NCBI GenBank assembly: GCA_902541435.1
Contig: CACBQR010000001.1
Coordinates: forward strand, 58,240 to 122,239
Source of the DNA: an uncultured Alphaproteobacteria bacterium
GTDB lineage: Bacteria > Pseudomonadota > Alphaproteobacteria > HIMB59 > GCA-002718135
Direction of reading: 5' to 3'
DNA: 64,000 nucleotides
Shown: positions 1 through 9,810 of the stretch, in pieces
How the letters are laid out: each line of letters begins with the position of its first letter
Position numbering within the stretch: the stretch's first letter is position 1
Program-made: the position numbers and the translations under genes
Notes under the pieces: model-generated
What the model saw: only the letters and a program-made list of their open reading frames with translations
The model's database searches: none
What the model was told of the DNA's origin: nothing

Positions 1-1
1 T

Positions 2-1522
2 CATTTTTTAAATTCAATAGAAAAATATATTGATCATATAATTGATACTTTTGGTCGAGAAGTTGGTAAAAAAAGAGGATACCCGGGTCATCAAGAAATT
101 GAATTAGCTTTAGTAAAGGCTTATGAATATACAAATAAAAAAAAATATTTAGACCTTGCAACATATTTTATTGAAGAAAGAGGTAAGACTGACTCTAATA
201 ACAAACATTATTTTATTAATGAAAACGAAATATTAAAAAAAAATTCACAAAAATTAGATTATTCAAAATTACCTTCCAATTTAAGAGATTTTGTTGATTT
301 CTATTTAGCCAAAGATGAATCAGTATTTAAGGATTTAGAATATTGGCAGGCTCATAAAGAACCAATAAAACAAAATACTGCAGAGGGGCATTCAGTTAGA
401 GCACTTTATATGTTCACTGCTATGGCTGATCTAGCTAGAATTAATAATAACAAAGATCTTTTGAAAACTTGCAAGCTACTTTGGCGCAATATTGTAGACA
501 AAAGAATGTATATACATAGTGGCGTTGGTAGTGCGCATATAGGAGAACGATTTTCTTTTGATTATGATCTTCCTAATGACATGGCTTTTGCAGAAACTTG
601 TGCAAGTATTGCACTTATTTATTTTGCAAATAGATTGTCAAAAATAGAAATTAATAGTGAGTATGCAGATATTATAGAAAATAGTTTCTATAATCTTATT
701 CTTGCTAGTACTTCTCAGGATGGAAAAGGTTTCTTTTACGATAATTATCTTGAATGTAACCCTGGTTATTTACATTTTCAAGATAGACGACATGGTATAA
801 GAGATGAATATCACATTTGCTCTTGTTGTCCGCCAAATATAACTCGCCTAATTGCTAGTATGGATATGTATATTTATAATATCTATCAAGATTCTTTGGT
901 AGTGGATCAATACATTAGTTCTGAATTAGATCTTTCAGATAAAGAACAAGAATTAAAAATAATACAAACAAGTGAATTTCCCCATAAAGGTTATTCTGAG
1001 ATAAAAATTTTAAATTCTAATAACAAAGAATCAATTATTTATTTCCGAATTCCATCATGGGATCAAAAAACAAAAATATTAATCAATGGTGAAGAAATAA
1101 ATTACAAAACTTTCAATGGATATGCAAAAATTTATAGAAAATGGAAAGCTGGTGATAAAATAGAATTAAAATTTAATTTTACACCTCGTTTTGTAAGAAC
1201 AAATCCAAATGTCAGATATAATATTAGAAAAGCATCTATTTTTAGAGGTCCAATACTCTATTGTTTAGAAGAAATAGATAATGGAAAAAATTTAAATCGA
1301 TTTGTTATAGATAGCAATAATAGCTTTAACGAAAAAGAAGATAAAATAAATTCAGAAAATATTATTTCTTTAAGTATTAATGGATCAAAATTTGATGATA
1401 CTAATGAGTTATATATTCAAGATAAACCAAAACTTACAGATGCATATTTAAAATTTGTTCCATACTACTTATGGTCAAATAGAGGTGAAAATGAAATGTT
1501 AGTATGGATAAATGAAAAATAA
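2..1522 (+). CDS. Glycoside hydrolase family 127-like protein (beta-L-arabinofuranosidase/DUF1680 type), 5' end cut by window edge
   Basis: Frame 2 is open from base 2 (HFLNSIEKY...GHQEIELALVKAYEYT...YFIEERG) and runs into the listed 410..1522 ORF. It has the Cys-rich HICSCCPPNITR motif typical of the GH127 zinc/catalytic site. Confidence 0.8.
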   Translation, partial: HFLNSIEKYIDHIIDTFGREVGKKRGYPGHQEIELALVKAYEYTNKKKYLDLATYFIEERGKTDSNNKHYFINENEILKKNSQKLDYSKLPSNLRDFVDFYLAKDESVFKDLEYWQAHKEPIKQNTAEGHSVRALYMFTAMADLARINNNKDLLKTCKLLWRNIVDKRMYIHSGVGSAHIGERFSFDYDLPNDMAFAETCASIALIYFANRLSKIEINSEYADIIENSFYNLILASTSQDGKGFFYDNYLECNPGYLHFQDRRHGIRDEYHICSCCPPNITRLIASMDMYIYNIYQDSLVVDQYISSELDLSDKEQELKIIQTSEFPHKGYSEIKILNSNNKESIIYFRIPSWDQKTKILINGEEINYKTFNGYAKIYRKWKAGDKIELKFNFTPRFVRTNPNVRYNIRKASIFRGPILYCLEEIDNGKNLNRFVIDSNNSFNEKEDKINSENIISLSINGSKFDDTNELYIQDKPKLTDAYLKFVPYYLWSNRGENEMLVWINEK

Positions 1523-1564
1523 CCTTTTAAAATGATCTTAAAGTTTCTATAAGGTTTTAAAGAA

Positions 1565-2482
1565 ATGAATAAATATAAATACCATGGTATGTGGCCAGTT
1601 GCTCCAACACCATTTCATGAAAATGGTGAAGTTGATTATGAAGGAATGAATAGAGTTATTGACTGTATGGTTGATCAAAAAGTTGAAGGTATTTGTATTC
1701 TAGCAAATTATTCTGAACAATTTTTACTCTCAGATGATGAAAGAGAAAAATTAACAAAACTTTGTATGAAAAAAATCGATGGTAGAGTTAAAACAATTGT
1801 TACGGTCTCTCATTTTGCTACTGACATTGTACGACCTCGAGCAGAATTAGCAAAATCACTAGGTGCAGATATTATAATGATGATGCCACCTTATCATGGT
1901 GCATTGCTAAAGGGTAATCCAGATCAAATATTTGAACAGTTTAATGAAATTTCTAAAGTTGGCATACCAATTATGATACAAGATGCGCCTTTATCTGGAA
2001 TTGAACTTTCAGTACCTCTTCTTACAAAAATGATTAATGAAATTGAATATTTAACATGTTTTAAAATTGAAAGTGCTAACGCAGCATCAAAAATAAGAGC
2101 ACTTATTAAGAACTGTAGTTCTAGATTAGATGCACCTTTTGATGGAGAAGAAAGTATTACTTTGTATGCAGACTTAGAAGCTGGAATTTCTGGCAGTATG
2201 AGTTCAGCATTACTTCCAGAAAAAATTGCGCCTGTAATTGATCATTTTTGGAATAATGAAAAAGATAAAGCTGAAGAAGTCTATAATGGTATTCTTCCTT
2301 TGATAAATTTTGAAAATAGACAATGTGGTTTTAGAGCTACAAAAACAGTAATGAAAGAAGGCGGCGTAATAAAATCAGATTTTTGCAGAGATCCTATTAA
2401 GCCCTTAGATCTAGATACAAAAAATTTATTACTTAATTTTGCTAAAAGATATGATTTACTGACTTATAAATGGGGTAAATAG
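1565..2482 (+). CDS. DapA/N-acetylneuraminate-lyase family class I aldolase
   Basis: 305 aa. Family-typical N-terminus PVAPTPFHENGEVDYEGMNRVIDCMVDQKVEGICILANYSE and a candidate Schiff-base Lys in CFKIES. Starts 43 nt downstream of the GH127 gene. Confidence 0.8.
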   Translation: MNKYKYHGMWPVAPTPFHENGEVDYEGMNRVIDCMVDQKVEGICILANYSEQFLLSDDEREKLTKLCMKKIDGRVKTIVTVSHFATDIVRPRAELAKSLGADIIMMMPPYHGALLKGNPDQIFEQFNEISKVGIPIMIQDAPLSGIELSVPLLTKMINEIEYLTCFKIESANAASKIRALIKNCSSRLDAPFDGEESITLYADLEAGISGSMSSALLPEKIAPVIDHFWNNEKDKAEEVYNGILPLINFENRQCGFRATKTVMKEGGVIKSDFCRDPIKPLDLDTKNLLLNFAKRYDLLTYKWGK

Positions 2483-2520
2483 TAAAATTTAATTGACAAA
2501 TATTATTTAAAAATTACTTA

Positions 2521-3045
2521 TTGTTTATGCGAAGAGTATTTGAAGGATTGCTTGAAAGAGCAATGTTTTCGAGCAGATGGGCGTTGGCTCCTGTTTATGT
2601 TGCTCTATGTCTTACTCTACTAGTTATTACATATAAAGTTATCGCGTTATTCATTTATGAAATTACACACTTAAACGATTTAACTTTAAATGAACTTCTT
2701 GTATTCGTATTACATATTGTTGATTTAGCCCTTGTTGGAAATTTAGTTTTAATGGTTATATTTGCAGGATATGAAAATTTTGTTTCAAAAATTGATATTG
2801 CAAATCAATCTGAAGATAAACCCGAATGGATGGGTAAACTAGATTTTTCAGGCTTGAAATTAAAACTTATTGCTTCAATAGTAGCTATTTCAAGTATAGG
2901 TTTGCTAGAAGCTTTTATTGATGTTGGATCAAAAACATCAGAAGAAATTTACTTAATGATATTTATTCACGCTGTATTTATTTTATCAGGATTAGTTATA
3001 GCAATAATGGATTATATTAGCGGAATTACTAAACATCACCCATAA
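2521..3045 (+). CDS. UPF0114/YqhA-family membrane protein
   Basis: N-terminal RVFEGLLERAMFSSRWALAPVY signature and several TM helices. The listed start is TTG; the in-frame ATG at 2527 is more likely. Confidence 0.75.
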   Translation: MFMRRVFEGLLERAMFSSRWALAPVYVALCLTLLVITYKVIALFIYEITHLNDLTLNELLVFVLHIVDLALVGNLVLMVIFAGYENFVSKIDIANQSEDKPEWMGKLDFSGLKLKLIASIVAISSIGLLEAFIDVGSKTSEEIYLMIFIHAVFILSGLVIAIMDYISGITKHHP

Positions 3046-3056
3046 TTAAATAAAAA

Positions 3057-4343
3057 ATGAAACTTGATAAGTTTTTTGATGAAAAAACTGTCATAGATTT
3101 AAGTTTTTTTAATTTCTCTAATGCTGTCACAGCAGCTTATTTTGCCAACCGTAACTTAGAAGTTTTGCGAGTAAATAAAAATTTTAAAAAATTTTTTCCA
3201 ATTCTTAAAACTGTCAATAATATTCCTTTTACTAGTATTTTAGAACAGCTTGGAGTTGGAGACGAATATATTAAAAATTTTAAACAAAATTTAGAAAAAA
3301 ATGGTTTTGTTATTATTCCTAAAATAGAAATCAAAATTGATGATGAAATTAAAGTATATTCTTTACTTTCCGCTTATACTGAAAATAGAGATTTCCCTTA
3401 TTTAAATGGTATTCAAGGACAATTTGTTGATCGAACAGATGAATATAATCTTCGAAGAGAGAAGGAAGAATTACTTGAGCAAAAATTAAAAGATAGAGAA
3501 TTGATTGAAGAAAAAACGAAAAGATTAGAAAATATTGCTAATAGGTTATCAAAATATCTTTCGCCTCAAGTATATAAGTCTATTTTTGATGAAGAAGAGT
3601 CAGGTAAAAAAACAAAAGAAAGCTACGTAAGAAAAAATTTAACAATTTTTTTCTCTGATATTGTAAATTTTACTGATTTATCTGACTCGTTAGAAGCAGA
3701 AAAACTTGCTTTAATCTTAAATAATTATCTAAGTGAAATGAGTTTAATTGCAATAAATTCAGATGCTACAATTGATAAATTTATAGGTGATGCAATACTT
3801 TCCTTTCATGGCGCCCCTGAAACACTAGGCGATGAGAATGATGCTATTAATTGTATAAGCATGGCTTTAGAAATGAAAGAACGAGTTAAGGAACTGCAAT
3901 CTTTCTGGACCAGGCAGGGTGTTAAAGGTGGATTAAAGGTAAGATATGGAATCTCTTCAGGTTTTGCAAATGTTGGTGATTTTGGATCTAGCGTAATGAG
4001 TGATTATACAGCAATAGGTTCTTCTGTAAATTTAGCCTCTAGATTGCAATCCATTGCTCCTGAAAATGAAATTATTATTTCTGATACAACATATAATTTA
4101 GTTAAAAATCATATAAATTGCCAAGAGTATGAAGAAATAACTCCTAAAGGTTTTGTAAGACCTGTTAAAACTTACAAGGTAATTGATTTTAAAAATAAAA
4201 AAAATAGCAAAACAAAAAAATCATATTCGAAAAAAGGTAACCACGTGGATATTCAAATATTTGATAGTTCTGATATGAAGGCTGCAATGAAAGAATTAAA
4301 AAAACTACAAGAAGATTTTAGTAAAGAAATTGACGAAGAGTAG
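3057..4343 (+). CDS. Class III adenylate cyclase (IIIb-like) with N-terminal sensor-like domain and coiled-coil linker
   Basis: Cyclase homology domain with metal-binding Asp residues (FFSDIVNFTD, KFIGDAILSF). Substrate-specifying Lys is present (DKFIGD) and Thr replaces the second specificity Asp (DYTAIGSSVNLASRL). Confidence 0.85.
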   Translation: MKLDKFFDEKTVIDLSFFNFSNAVTAAYFANRNLEVLRVNKNFKKFFPILKTVNNIPFTSILEQLGVGDEYIKNFKQNLEKNGFVIIPKIEIKIDDEIKVYSLLSAYTENRDFPYLNGIQGQFVDRTDEYNLRREKEELLEQKLKDRELIEEKTKRLENIANRLSKYLSPQVYKSIFDEEESGKKTKESYVRKNLTIFFSDIVNFTDLSDSLEAEKLALILNNYLSEMSLIAINSDATIDKFIGDAILSFHGAPETLGDENDAINCISMALEMKERVKELQSFWTRQGVKGGLKVRYGISSGFANVGDFGSSVMSDYTAIGSSVNLASRLQSIAPENEIIISDTTYNLVKNHINCQEYEEITPKGFVRPVKTYKVIDFKNKKNSKTKKSYSKKGNHVDIQIFDSSDMKAAMKELKKLQEDFSKEIDEE

Positions 4344-4352
4344 GGGGGTATT

Positions 4353-6023
4353 CTATTTTAAAAAATTTATTATTGCATTCTTAATATCATTAACTAGATT
4401 TTTATTTTCATCTTTAGTTAATTGACTTTCATTTTTTTTCTTATCAAGTTTTAACTTTCTTTGAGCTAAAATATTTGCAACATAATCATACACATTAGGA
4501 TTTTTAGAAAATATATCTTTTATTATATCCTTGCTTACTTTTATAACTATGCAAGGTGTTTCAGCTATAACATTAGCAGACCTGGGTTCACCGGTAAGAA
4601 GACTTCCTTCACCAACAAAGTCCCCAACACCAAGTTTAGCTAAAAATACTTTATCTTTATTTTCATTATCTAAGTAAACAGATACTACTCCGTCATTTAT
4701 AACGTAAAGAGAATCTCCAGAATCATTTTGTTTAATAATGTAATCATCTTTTTCAAAATGGAGTCTTTCAGCATTTTCAGCAATTTCATCTAAATCTTCA
4801 GAATTTAAAGACATAAAAATAGGAATTTTTTGAAGTAGGACTCTATTTTTTACCGACTCATTATAAGGATTAAATTCACTAACCTGTCTTTTTTCAAAAT
4901 CTTCTCGACTTCTGTGTGTGTCAAGAGCATGTAGTCCTGTATCTTCTTCAAGTTTTCCATAAAGTTTACCCGCTGACATTTGAACGCCTGCATGTCTTAA
5001 GGTTTTATGTATTTCCATCATCACGCTATCTTGCATCGAATTTTTTAAAATTCTTTTTGTGCAATCAAAAGCAACAACAAATTCTAATCCAAACTCATTA
5101 GCACCTATAAAACGAACCCACTGTAAATTTAATTGCTCTCTACCATCAACTGGCTTAGCTTTTTTAAGAGCATTATAGAGTAACTTAGAGATATTTTCTG
5201 GGTCATGAGATGGATGAAAATATAATTTATTAAAAATATGAAATCCTTCACTCATTTTTTCTTTATCTTGTTTGCTCCAATTTGTTAAAATTGAATCTGC
5301 AACTATTTCATTTGGAATGATTACTTCAGTATTCTGAAATGTTCTTATTCTTGTACTTCTCCATGTAATATTTTCTACATAACCTGTTTTATCATCAACA
5401 GTAATCCAATCGTTTATCGCAAATGGTCTCTCAATATTTACAAAAATTCCTTTAATTAAATCTGATAAGCTTGATTGTAAAGAAAGTGCAATAGCAGCAA
5501 AAACTATACCACCTGCAGCAAGTATACTTGTAAGTTCTAAATTAAAAACAAAGGATAAAACTAAAAATGAAGGTATCGCAAATAATAAAAACTGAAAAAG
5601 AAATGTTATTATCTCAGGTATTGTTGTTCCTGATTTATTATTTAGTGATAATACTTCGTATTTATAAAACATCATTATGAATATTGATGGAATAAAATAT
5701 AAAGTTATCAGTAAGATTTTTTCTGTAAGGTTACTTATAGTTTCATTAATTAAAAAAAATTCCTTTTGAATAACTATATCATACGAAAAATTTACCATTA
5801 GATATGATAAAATAGGAAGTATAATGATAGTAAATAGTACTCGTGTAAATTTCTTTAATTTGTTTAACTGTATTACAGAACCAATAATGAATACAGAAAT
5901 GAGTATATATAAAGAATTTAAAGTAACTGCATTATTATAAAATAATAGAATAGATAAAATACATAATAAGCTTATTAAAATTATACTAATCTTAGATAGT
6001 AGGTAAAAAATGTTAATTTTCAT
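4353..6023 (-). CDS. MscS-family mechanosensitive channel fused to a C-terminal cyclic-nucleotide-binding domain (bCNG-type)
   Basis: Multiple N-terminal TM helices and an MscS core (LSDLIKGIFVNIERPFAINDWITVDDKTGYVENITWRSTRIRT). The C-terminal cNMP-binding motif is GDFVGEGSLLTGEPRSANVIA. Confidence 0.85.
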   Translation of the reverse strand: MKINIFYLLSKISIILISLLCILSILLFYNNAVTLNSLYILISVFIIGSVIQLNKLKKFTRVLFTIIILPILSYLMVNFSYDIVIQKEFFLINETISNLTEKILLITLYFIPSIFIMMFYKYEVLSLNNKSGTTIPEIITFLFQFLLFAIPSFLVLSFVFNLELTSILAAGGIVFAAIALSLQSSLSDLIKGIFVNIERPFAINDWITVDDKTGYVENITWRSTRIRTFQNTEVIIPNEIVADSILTNWSKQDKEKMSEGFHIFNKLYFHPSHDPENISKLLYNALKKAKPVDGREQLNLQWVRFIGANEFGLEFVVAFDCTKRILKNSMQDSVMMEIHKTLRHAGVQMSAGKLYGKLEEDTGLHALDTHRSREDFEKRQVSEFNPYNESVKNRVLLQKIPIFMSLNSEDLDEIAENAERLHFEKDDYIIKQNDSGDSLYVINDGVVSVYLDNENKDKVFLAKLGVGDFVGEGSLLTGEPRSANVIAETPCIVIKVSKDIIKDIFSKNPNVYDYVANILAQRKLKLDKKKNESQLTKDENKNLVNDIKNAIINFLK

Positions 6024-6057
6024 TTTGTAATTTTTGCTATAAAGAATTTATATAAAA

Positions 6058-6798
6058 ATGAATTCATTTTCAAAGTATTTATTCGAACACTTGCATTTTG
6101 GTCTTGAAGAGAAGGATTTTACACTTATTGAAAAAATTATATTCTTTTTCATTATATTGAACTGTGTTTTTGTTGTTATTGAGTCAGAAAAATTGATTTA
6201 TGAGCAATATAATCAGCTCTTTGACTCAGCAAAACTTTTTTTTGGTATAGTATTTTTAATTGAGTATATTTGTAGATTAATTGCTGTAGATCAAATTAAC
6301 AAATTTAAAGGTTTTAAAGGAAAGATTAAATATATTTTTACATTACCTGCTCTAATTGATGCAATTGCACTTATTCCATTATTTTTAATTGGTATCAATG
6401 AAGGTTTTTTAGTACGATTATTAAGAGCTATAAGAATATTTAGCATTCTTCGTTTTGGACGTTTTAGTGAGTCAGTAGATTTTATACTTCATGCAATATA
6501 TGACAGGAGACACGAATTAATTTTTTCATTACTACTAACTCTAAGTTTAATGTTATTGTCTGCGACTTTACTTTATGTTGTAGAAGGTGATTTACAACCT
6601 GAAGCTTTTGGCTCTATCCCAAGAGCTTTATGGGTAAGTTCTGCAGCTTTACTATCAACAGGTTATGGTGATTACACACCTATTACATTTTTAGGTAGAT
6701 TTGCAGCAGTATGCACTGCATTGTTTGGAATTGGAGCAGTTGCTTTACCAGCAGGTATATTAGCAAGCGCTTTTACAGATAGAAAAAATAAAGATTAA
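6058..6798 (+). CDS. Six-TM voltage-gated-type potassium channel
   Basis: K+ selectivity filter TGYGD (LLSTGYGDYTP) and an S4-like Arg ladder (LVRLLRAIRIFSILRFGRF). Confidence 0.8.
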   Translation: MNSFSKYLFEHLHFGLEEKDFTLIEKIIFFFIILNCVFVVIESEKLIYEQYNQLFDSAKLFFGIVFLIEYICRLIAVDQINKFKGFKGKIKYIFTLPALIDAIALIPLFLIGINEGFLVRLLRAIRIFSILRFGRFSESVDFILHAIYDRRHELIFSLLLTLSLMLLSATLLYVVEGDLQPEAFGSIPRALWVSSAALLSTGYGDYTPITFLGRFAAVCTALFGIGAVALPAGILASAFTDRKNKD

Positions 6799-8624
6799 TT
6801 AATAACTTGATTTGTAAAATTTTCTAAATTTTTATTCATTTCCTCATCCGGTAGATGAAAGCCTTTAATTGTCTCTTTCCAATCTAGTTTTGAATAATCA
6901 TCATATTTGTTAACAAAATATTCATTTTCTTTTAAATTAATTTCATTATTCTTTTCTTTTAATGAAAATAAGAGGAATATCCAAGATCGTGGTTCCAACT
7001 CTTTAATTTTTTGAGCTTGAGTTATGCAAACATCATAATCCTTTTTACAAAAATAACCTAAGACAAGATCTCTATACCTGTTATCTGATGTTTTTTGACC
7101 AGCAGGTATAGGATCTAATTCAAGTGCTTTATGAAGTAATTCTAATCCTTGATCAATTTTTTTATTTCTTACTAATATTTCACCATAAACTGCAAGTACT
7201 CTTGGATCATTTGGATTCATAGAGTAGGCAATCTTTCCGTGTTCTTCTGACTCTTCATATTTTTTTTGCATTAAGGAAATAGCTGAGCTAATTCTTCTCA
7301 CTTCATAATCGTTCTCATCATGCTCTAAACTTTTCTCAATATGATGAAAAATCATTTTCATCATTTTATCATTATCTTCATAATATTGTTTACCTAGGCC
7401 ACCACCAATTGTACAAGCTTTAAGTGAGTGTGCTCTTGCATTTGTTTCATCTTGTTCGAGAGCTTTATCAAAGTGATATAAAGCCTTATCATTGTGTTCT
7501 TTTGCTGATGATTGTCTAAGCCAATGATATCTTCCAATAACTAAATTTTCATAAGAATTTAAATTTTCCGTAGGTTTTCTTTTAATGTTTTGTAAATTTG
7601 TAATTTCTATATTACCTAATAATTCTTTTGATATTTTTTGAACAATTTCATCTTGGATATCAAAAATATCTTCAAGAACTCTATCATATCGATCCCCCCA
7701 TATAATGGAACCATCCTTTGCATTAGTTAAATCTACTGCTACTCTTAATCTATTACCAGCTGATCTAATGTTTCCACCAACTAAAAAATCTATTTTATGT
7801 TTTTTTGCGAATGTAAGTGCGTCCTCATTACTTTTATCATGATCGTCACATGTTTTTTTTGATACAACATCAAATTCTTTCATTCTGGAAAATTCAATAA
7901 TTAAATCCCCTGTAATAGCTTCTACCAAAAATTCACTGTCATCATTTTTGCTAACATTCTTAAATGTGAGTATAGCTATTTTTGGTTGAGAAGAATTTCT
8001 TGATATAATTACATTATCATCTTTTTTATTATTTTCATTTTCATTAATTTCCTCATTAACTTCTTCTGAGAAGAAGTCATCTTCATCTATTTTTAAACCT
8101 TTTACTTTAAAAACCTCAAACCCATCACTTATATTTTTGAGTTTCCTTGTACCATCAGCTTCTATTGAATAATCAATTCTTTTATCAACTTGATCTTTTA
8201 CTATTTTTGAAACGAGAATTTTACCTGGTTCACTTTGACTTTCTAATCTTGCAGCAACATTTACACCTGAGCCCATAATGTTATTATTTTCTACAATTAC
8301 ATCATCTACATGAATACCTACTCTCCAGCTTAATTGCAACTTAGTTAAAGAATGTTCATTTCTTTCATATAATTTATCCTGAAATTCGATAGCAGCTTTC
8401 ACGCACTGTACAGGACTGGCAAATTCGGCGACTACAGAATCGCCAGCAGTTGAAAAAATTTTACCATCAAATTTAGCAATAATTTCATCAATAATTTTTC
8501 TGCATTCATTAAGATTAGATAAAGTTAACTCTTCATTTTCTTCCATATGTTTGCTGAAATTTACACAATCAGTAGCTAAGATAGTTGCGAGTTTTCTTTC
8601 TGTATTCATAATTTTTTTTATCAA
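6795..8624 (-). CDS. Class III cyclase-homology-domain protein with middle TolB-N-like domain and C-terminal TPR repeats
   Basis: N-terminal CHD (ILATDCVNFS, STAGDSVVAEF, GSGVNVAARLES), followed by a TPR-like helical repeat region. Its 3' end overlaps the K+ channel gene by 4 nt, convergently. Confidence 0.8.
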   Translation of the reverse strand: MIKKIMNTERKLATILATDCVNFSKHMEENEELTLSNLNECRKIIDEIIAKFDGKIFSTAGDSVVAEFASPVQCVKAAIEFQDKLYERNEHSLTKLQLSWRVGIHVDDVIVENNNIMGSGVNVAARLESQSEPGKILVSKIVKDQVDKRIDYSIEADGTRKLKNISDGFEVFKVKGLKIDEDDFFSEEVNEEINENENNKKDDNVIISRNSSQPKIAILTFKNVSKNDDSEFLVEAITGDLIIEFSRMKEFDVVSKKTCDDHDKSNEDALTFAKKHKIDFLVGGNIRSAGNRLRVAVDLTNAKDGSIIWGDRYDRVLEDIFDIQDEIVQKISKELLGNIEITNLQNIKRKPTENLNSYENLVIGRYHWLRQSSAKEHNDKALYHFDKALEQDETNARAHSLKACTIGGGLGKQYYEDNDKMMKMIFHHIEKSLEHDENDYEVRRISSAISLMQKKYEESEEHGKIAYSMNPNDPRVLAVYGEILVRNKKIDQGLELLHKALELDPIPAGQKTSDNRYRDLVLGYFCKKDYDVCITQAQKIKELEPRSWIFLLFSLKEKNNEINLKENEYFVNKYDDYSKLDWKETIKGFHLPDEEMNKNLENFTNQVIN

Positions 8625-8692
8625 AAATCTATAATATAATCATCAAAAATTAATAATTAAATTTTAATATTATTATATTTAAAATGTAAATA

Positions 8693-8722
8693 TTGACAAA
8701 GTTCAAGCATGATTAGTATTTA
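8693..8722 (+). promoter_or_regulatory. Candidate sigma70-type promoter for the 8759 gene
   Basis: TTGACA at 8693-8698, an 18-nt spacer, then TATTTA at 8717-8722, about 37 nt upstream of the start codon. Based on sequence pattern only. Confidence 0.25.
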
Positions 8723-8758
8723 TCTAATTATTAATAATTTTTAAAGGAGACAATAATC

Positions 8759-9163
8759 ATGATAATGGCTTGGGGAGGTACTTTAAATTTAGTCTTGTAT
8801 ATTATTAGCATGTTAGGTTTAGGCTATTATGCGTTTCTAACTGTTCTAAGTCCTAATACATTAGTTACTCGTTATGATTTGGGAGAAAAGTCAGTTCCTA
8901 TTATAAGAATTGTTGGAACTTTTGTTTTACCAATTTTAATTTTGGGAATTTATTTACTTTTTCGAGGACCTGAAGGTGCTTGGATTTTTCTTGTATTAAA
9001 TTTTCTTGTTTCAACACATCAGGTAATTTTAGGGTGGGCAACTAGGTTTAAAATTATTGACCCTGATTCAAAGCAAGATATTGGTGATGAGGTAGTAGGG
9101 CATGTATTTGTCATAATTGCAATTGTGCTAATCTATAGACTTTCAGATATAATTTATACTTAA
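8759..9163 (+). CDS. Hypothetical small integral membrane protein (about 4 TM)
   Basis: 134-aa ORF with hydrophobic helices, preceded by AAAGGAG as a Shine-Dalgarno sequence. Confidence 0.55.
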   Translation: MIMAWGGTLNLVLYIISMLGLGYYAFLTVLSPNTLVTRYDLGEKSVPIIRIVGTFVLPILILGIYLLFRGPEGAWIFLVLNFLVSTHQVILGWATRFKIIDPDSKQDIGDEVVGHVFVIIAIVLIYRLSDIIYT

Positions 9164-9197
9164 ATAATTTTGCTGGGATTTTAAATTCCAGCAAATT

Positions 9198-9737
9198 TTA
9201 TCTCAAAGAAAATTCTTTTACTTTATTGAATTCAAAATGATCAGCTGCATGTTTTTTAGCATATAAAACCTCTTCAACAATGCCGTCTTCATTAATCATT
9301 ATATCTGTAACTGCTGTATTAAAATAACCTCCAAGAGGAATAGGCATAAAGCCTCTTATTAATGCAGGAAAAATTACAAATGTCTTATATAAACCCGCTA
9401 AAAATAATTTACTCCAAGATCTTTCAATTTCATATTTTTTAAAATATTTAAAATTTTCATCAGCTAATACAGTGAATGGAGTAGGGCCGTGCTTTTTCAT
9501 ATTCGATTTTAATAGATTTACACTAGAATGAAAAATTCCTACATGAGTAAAGTTTGGTCCAAATTCATTATATCGTCTATTGAATTCTAATAATCTTAAA
9601 TTACAAAAAGTGCATCCAGCAACTCTATAAAAAGTTAACAAAACTTTTTTACCCTTTGTGTCAGAAAAATTAAATTCTGAACCATCATGTTTTGGAAGAG
9701 TAATTTCATCAATTTTATCACCTTTTTTTATTTTCAT
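9198..9737 (-). CDS. AhpC/TSA (redoxin) family thiol-disulfide oxidoreductase-like protein
   Basis: Thioredoxin-fold pattern KKVLLTFYRVAGCTFCN with a CxxC motif. 179 aa. Confidence 0.7.
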   Translation of the reverse strand: MKIKKGDKIDEITLPKHDGSEFNFSDTKGKKVLLTFYRVAGCTFCNLRLLEFNRRYNEFGPNFTHVGIFHSSVNLLKSNMKKHGPTPFTVLADENFKYFKKYEIERSWSKLFLAGLYKTFVIFPALIRGFMPIPLGGYFNTAVTDIMINEDGIVEEVLYAKKHAADHFEFNKVKEFSLR

Positions 9738-9810
9738 TATATACCTGTTACTAAATATCTTATTATTATATTAAGATATTTTTAAATAAATATTAAAATT
9801 CATTAATAAA

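Noticed and set aside
3057-6023. Cyclase next to a cNMP-domain membrane protein read as a Pycsar-like anti-phage system
   Set aside because: The genes are convergent rather than in one operon. The cyclase carries the canonical purine-specifying Lys and a large sensor domain. The cNMP-MscS fusion is a known bCNG channel type. A signalling role is more parsimonious.
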